Source: Eledone cirrhosa (taxonomy: Eukaryota). From it: 64,000 nucleotides of DNA. A model generated the notes under the pieces. The model had not been told where the DNA came from, did not search any database, and saw only the letters and a list, made by a program, of their open reading frames with translations. The stretch lies in the NCBI GenBank assembly GCA_964016885.1, contig CAXHJY010000834.1, positions 1 through 64,000 on the forward strand, in the 5' to 3' direction. Position numbers and translations under genes: made by a program. Shown here piece by piece: positions 57,766-64,000 of this stretch (positions are counted from its first letter, which is position 1; every line of letters begins with the position of its first letter).

Positions 57766-59479
57766 TCATCAGCATCACCATCATCATTATCACCATAATC
57801 AATATCAAAATCACCACTACCATCATAATCAACATCATATGCATGCATCATCAACGGTGGAAAAGATTGCAAGTTGTGCGCGGCGCAGTCTCTTCTTTAC
57901 GATATTAAATATTTAATAACTAACTACTTCAGAGTTCAAATTCCGCCAGGGTTTTAAACTTTACTCTCAGTTGTCGATAAAATAATCCCTAACAATATTA
58001 AAAAAACTGAGTTGATTTTATAAACATAAGCCCCCCCCCCCCCCTGTTCAAATTAAAATTGTCACAAAACAAAATCGTTATAATTATCATAAATATTGTT
58101 GTTGTGGCGAATAAAGGAGACTGGGTGGGTTGTAACCAGTGGACACAACAATATTTAAAAGAACTCAAATTATTATTATTATTTCTTTTTTTTTTCGCTA
58201 CCATAAATAATATGCAAGCGTTCCCGAGAGAGTTTTCGGTCAGGTGCCCCATGTAAGTTTCATCCGCGCTTGTGACGAATAAAGAAACCTCAATTATTAT
58301 GTGGTTGGGGGTGATACAAACGTGGCAACAGTCCGTCTATTATATCAATTACAGATGTCTAGCCTTGTGCCAAATGTCATATATATTTTAGCTCCCGCAT
58401 AACGGAATCTGCGTCCGGTTTCGATCCCAGGTAAATCTGTTCACTTCACTTAAGTTGCTAAGAAGTAAGCGATTAACACACAATTTCATTTCCTGATCCT
58501 ATTATTATATAAATATTTTTAAGCTACGAGCCTATCTAAGCAATTATAATTGCATTGTTATTGCTGTTATTTCCAAAATTCATTTGAAATTAGTGAAAGA
58601 TGACGAATGGCTATAGAGGGAGGGGAAGGGGTATGAGAGAGTGAGTGCGGGAGATTTAGTAAAGCGTTAGATACCACTTGACAACTAGCTGGCGGAAGAT
58701 CTTAGGGATTACGTGAATCAACGAAAGGATTTGGTGAATATGGAATAGGCGCGGGAAAATATTAAGATAAACTTTAAAAAATACAGCACCTTGAATTATA
58801 AAACGGCTCCATCAAAGACGTTCAAGTTACCAGACGGTGTATTCGTAGTGAAATCTCTTCTAAATAAAATGTCTACAAGCGTTATTTGCATTAAAATCTT
58901 TTCACATCCAGCATCTGCTGACTGTACCAATTGTGGCAAGAGCATCTCTCACGATCTCTGAAAATCAAAAGTGATGTTAGTCTTTTTTACAAAAAGGCTA
59001 ATATTTCTAAATTACCACATCTTTCTCTCAATCCACCTCCGCAAGAACAGAGACCATACACGATCTAGAATAGTAGCCAAATGCCAACCAATTAACACCC
59101 TACCTTCTTTAAAAAAAGTAAATAAATAAAGAGAGAGAGAGAGAGAGAGGAGGTATGGGGGGGGGGATAGACCCTGTTAATTGTCAATAACTTTAGATTT
59201 GGTTTCCCCCTAAAAAGATAGGACGTTTTAGGCTGAAATGTCATTGATCATAGACCTGCTTTAATTGATTTGATCTGGGGCTAAACAGCAACTTGTCCTC
59301 CTCCTCCTCATCATCATCATCATCATCATCACCATCATCATCATTATCACCACCATCTTCCCTTTTACATATAGAATGCACTATAAGGATATTAATATAA
59401 AATCGACCCTATAATCTTTTGAGTGTTCTTTACAATTTAGTTAGAGAGGGAAGGGCAGTGATTAGTTGACAGCTCAGCC

Positions 59480-60245
59480 CCTCTCTTAACACAAACATCC
59501 AGTCATCTGGAATTAACTCAATAGAACATGATCTGCAACTTGCACTCGATAGGTTTGATGCCGAGTGCTGCATGGCTAGAATGAAAATCAGTGCTGCAAA
59601 AACTGAGACACTCTTCCTCTCAAGGAAGCCTGCGCAGTGCACTCTACATGTAAATGGAGTTCCCCTGAAGCAGGTAGAGAAGTTCAAGTATCTTGGGGCC
59701 ATGTTCATGAGTGATAGAAGGTAGGAGGCTGAATTAAGTGCAAGAATTTCAGGAGCTAGTGCAGTAATGTGCCAGCATCAGCATTCAGTAATCAGAAGAA
59801 GAGCTGTAGGCGTAAAAGTCAAACTCGCTACCCTCTATTTGGTATTCATGCCAACCCTTACCTATGGACATGAATCTTGGGTAATGACTGAAAGAATGCA
59901 ATTGTGAGCACAAGCAGCCATAAGGGTCTTTGGAGTAAAGTTATTTGATAGACTGCATAGCTCGGAGATCAAAAAGTCACTCTTGGTAGATCCACTACTT
60001 CTCTGAAATGAGAGATCACAGCTCTGACACTATGGGCATGTGGTTAAAATGTCTCAGGAAATAATTGCTGGACAGATGTTATGGGCCAAACCAACTGACA
60101 GGAGACCCAGGGGTAGACTCAAAGCAAGATGGTTGGATAACATCCATGAGCTTGGCTGATCTCACTGGGGGGTACAGCTGGATTAGTTGGAAATGGTTGC
60201 TTTTTCCCCCACACCCCTCTCAGGAATAAGTGAGCAAAGAAAAAG
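59480..60245 (+). mobile_element. RTE-like LINE 3' fragment
   Basis: DLQLALDRF..LHVNGVPLKQVEKFKYLG..LTYGHESW..GRPRGR. Confidence 0.85.
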
Positions 60246-60429
60246 AAGAAGAAGGAGGAGGAGTAGGAGGAAGATTAAATTACATTAAATTTTTTAACTG
60301 ATTAACAACATAAATAACATAAATATTTACCAAACACATGTCCAAATATCTCAAGTCCAAAAATGTAAACAAATTTAAAATACAGTTGGGAAAAAAATAT
60401 ATATCCATCTATTATCAGTGGGTTTGATG

Positions 60430-61640
60430 ACAATGTCATTGTGGTTCCGTAGGTTGTGCAGAGTGGAAAGTTCAGCCTGAGTAAGGTTGGTGCTTCTGGA
60501 AGTTCAAGAGGTTGAAAGTATGTCAACAAGTTTCCACAAATGTATCAAGGGTGCCAAGAGCTTGGTGCCCACTGTGATTTTCAGCAACTGAGGCTTGTGA
60601 AGCTGTCTGTTTGGACCGATGATGGTGTATTATAGAAAATTGCCTGAAGCTTAAAGCGATGTAAGATCCGTTCAACCTCAGCACGTGTTTGAAACTCATC
60701 GCATGTGGACGTGGTGGGTATGAAGCAAAGGGGCTATGGTGGTTAGGTGTGGCATGTACAGAGTTAGTGGTTAGGGAGAGAAGTGGAGCTGGGGGTGATG
60801 AAAGAGTGAGTTGAAGGCAATGAGATAGAGGAGTTAGGGCTGAAAGTGAGGTGGGCATGTGTTGACGGGAGACAAGGAGCAGAGAGTGTCAAGTTTTAGT
60901 TACTTGACAGGAGTGAGAAAATTGAAGAGGAGACGATTGAGGTAGAGGATGAATTGTACGATGGATTGGGTGAGGAGATGGTAGCAAGTTGATGACAGAA
61001 TAAGGTAGGCCTTGGGGAGATCTTGGTTGAGAGAACAGATTTGAGAGAGGGTGCATGGAGGTTCGCCTGCATGAAATGGTGGGAGAAGCTGAGTAGGAAG
61101 TGGGGTGGAAGCAGCTGAGTAGGAAGTGGGGTGGAAACTTTGGGGAATGAGGTGGTGGTGAAGACATCTACTGAGGAATGTGACGTAGAGTTCGTTCTCA
61201 CTCTTAATGGTTTTTCCTTTACCGGAGAGTTTTACCAACAGGTCTCTGGGGTAGCCATGGTTACAAGAATGGGCCCTAACTATGCCGAATGGTTCATTGG
61301 CTACGTTGAGGCTATAATCTTCACCCAGTACACTGATCCAACCCCTGAGCTATATGGTTATTACATCGACGATTGTATAGGTGTCACCTCTCTCTCCTGT
61401 GAACAGCTCAACTCCTTTCTTTCTTTTGTCCAATCTTTTCATCCTGCCTCACCTTCACCACCTCTGTATCCAACTCTTCAGTCCATTTTCTTGATATCTC
61501 TCTGTCTTTTGATCACACTCACCCACACACTCTACCTCCATCTTCCATAAGCCCACTGATTCATACTCCTACCTCAACTTCACCTCTTCCCTCCCACCCA
61601 CACCAAACTCCTCATACCCTACTCCCAATTCCTCCATCTT
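60430..61640. mobile_element. Rearranged Neptune-like PLE relic: N-terminal part on minus (60430-61165), RT part on plus (61165-61640)
   Basis: FLSRCLHHHLIPQSF on minus. On plus, FYQQVSGVAMVTRMGPNYA..YIDD and KPTDSYSYL..IPYSQFL. Confidence 0.7.
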
Positions 61641-62149
61641 CACACACACACATCCTTATATACACAGACATATCCTCTTAGCTTTGTATGGATGTATACA
61701 AACACACGCACACATACAGCTCTATATATGAAACATTTTTTCCCCTTTCAGATAGACGTGCTTGATCACCACCTTTTAAAACAAGATTATCATACACAAA
61801 ACGCCAGGATCAACAGTTTTCCTAGACATGGTGATATGAATGGACCTGTTCTTTTTCTCTAAAAAAATGTTTTCTATTTCCACCAGTGTCCATCTCCTTA
61901 ATCTCTCTATTTCTTTTTTAATTTCTCATTCTATTTTCTGATCCGAAACGTTAAGATTCTTTCCCTACTATATCAAGAATATAACTAATAATATATTTCT
62001 TCATTGTACTGTGTTGTTTGCTTTGTTATTTCTGTTTGCCTTTTGCATATATATACATACACACATACATATATATATATTTATTATATTTTTTTTATTA
62101 CTTTACTTGGTAATTTTTTATTTTATATAAGATATTCTGTATGCATTAT

Positions 62150-64000
62150 CATTGTCATCAAAATCATTTTTATGTTTGCTTTTCCATGCTTGCATGGGTA
62201 TGACAAGTCCTTCTCAGCACAGCATCTCTCCACACATCACAATATTTTCTCATCGACTCTGTGAGTCTCAGTAATTTGAGGTCAGCTCTCACAACCTCTA
62301 CCCAGGTCTTTATTGGTATACCTCTACTGTGGCTTCCTTCCAATGTCCTTTCCTGGCACTTCTTCACCCAACAATCATTGTCCATGTGCATCACATGTCC
62401 AAACCAACTTCTCTCCTGCTCACAACCTCAGGTTCCTCTTAAACCCCTCAACTCAGCCAAGCTCTGCTTTTCTCTCATACTGACATTGCACATCCAACGG
62501 AATATGGTTACTTCATTTATCTCCAGTTTATGCATGTCCTCTGCAGTCACAACACGTATTTTACTACCATACAGTCATCCTTTTGTATATAAGGAGAAAC
62601 CTTTTGTGGTCAACAATGGGAATAGTTCTCTGAACTTTTTCCATCCTATTCTTATTCTAGCTATTATGCTCTCAGAGCACCCTCCTCCACTACTAATTAA
62701 CTCACTTAGATAGCAGAAGCTATCTAGGTACTCTGTTAAACACTTTTTCTAGGTCAACAAAAGCTAGGTATTGTGGCTATTTTTTTTACTAAGAACTTCT
62801 TTTGTAGTTGCTTCACTAAAAGGAGGGCATCTTTAGTACTTTTCCAAAGCATGAAAACTAACTGCATCTTGTCTAATTTGACCCTTTCTCTAATTAGTTG
62901 TGCTATAACTCTTTCCATCACTTTCATAACTTGGTCCATTAGTTTTATTCCACTATAGTTGCTCCCTTCTAGGGAGCAATTTACAATTGTATTGCTTTGC
63001 CAGTCATTGTGTAGTTTGACTCCTACTTCTCCTGATGTTTTTAGCAGCTCAGCAGCTATCTTGGATGGTCCTGCAGCTTTATCATTTTTCATCTCTTTGA
63101 TTTCTTCTTTGACCCTATTACTGTCAACATCAATAGAGATGGCGTTATGAATGGACATGTTATTTTTCTCTAAAAATGATGAATGACTAGTGTCCGAAAT
63201 GTTAAGACTCTTTTCTGACTATATCAAGCATAAAACTAATAATATATTTCTTCATTGTACTGTGTTGTTTATTTTGTTATTTCTATTTGCCTTTTGCATA
63301 TAGTAGGAAAAGAGTCTTAATGTTTCGGAATATGGTTACTTCATTTATCTCAAGTCTACACATGTCTTCTGCAGTCACTGCCCGTTTTACTACCCTGCAG
63401 CATCACACTTCACACACAGGTGTCATAATGTCATCCTTTTGTATGGGAGTAGCTCTCTAAACTTGTTCCATCCTATCCTTATTCTAGCTATTATGCTCTC
63501 AGAGCATCTTCCTCCACTTCTAATTAAGTCACCTAGATAGCAGAAGCTATAAACCACTTCTATGGACACATACTGTGACTTGAAAAGGTTTAGATCAAGG
63601 ACACTCTTCCCTTGATTACTCATGTGCATCTTGTATATACTAAGTCTTCCTTTCCTGTTAATTTACCCATTATGCCACTACATTTCTTGTGTAACCAAGA
63701 TTTATATTGTGTAAATCGTTTTGATTCCAAATTCCATTTCCATAGTTGGAACTTATTTGCTAGTTCTTATATTGATTCAGTTATAAGGACCAAATCATCT
63801 GTATAGAGAAGTTCCCATGGACAGCCAGTTTTAAACTCCTCTGTTATGGCCTTAAGGACTATGATGAACAGCAGGGGCTAAGAACCGAACCTTGATGAAC
63901 TCTTACCTGTACCTTAAATTCCACACTAAACTCACTTCCTACTTTTACTTTACTGACAGCTCCTCTGTACATGGCTTGCATTGCTCTCACAAACCATTCT
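62150..64000 (-). mobile_element. Scrambled RTE LINE fragments interleaved with a PLE-like terminal fragment (63150-63329)
   Basis: VHQGSVLSP/ELLYTDD at the right edge, RIGWKKFRELL repeated twice, EMKNDKAAGPS. Confidence 0.8.

Overview
Eukaryotic, very AT-rich, repeat-dominated animal DNA. The mix of giant (TA)n/(TA)nCA arrays, RTE, CR1 and R4/Dong LINE relics, tRNA-derived SINEs and a His-rich C2H2 zinc-finger exon suggests an octopus-type cephalopod genome (inference). The only clear host coding sequence is a 6-finger C2H2 exon (39.4-40.8 kb, minus). Nearly all long ORFs in the track (YI/YICI repeats) are microsatellite artefacts. The main unexplained structure is at least 9-10 short head-to-head fold-back cassettes from unrelated sequence families, mostly embedded in (TA)n. 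Typically one arm is ~40-100 bp longer and the short arm stops at an internal TA-rich site. Most carry complete, split or degenerate minimal type-I hammerhead ribozyme motifs (CUGAnGA...GAAA, palindromic stem III). One instead folds exactly at the 5' end of a 72-nt tRNA-like cloverleaf. A 5'-truncated, frameshifted Penelope-like element (RT + GIY-YIG, Naiad-like) with its own hammerhead lies between TA runs at 51.2-55.0 kb and is a plausible type of mobilising partner. All pairings and coordinates were read by eye, and no database search was possible.
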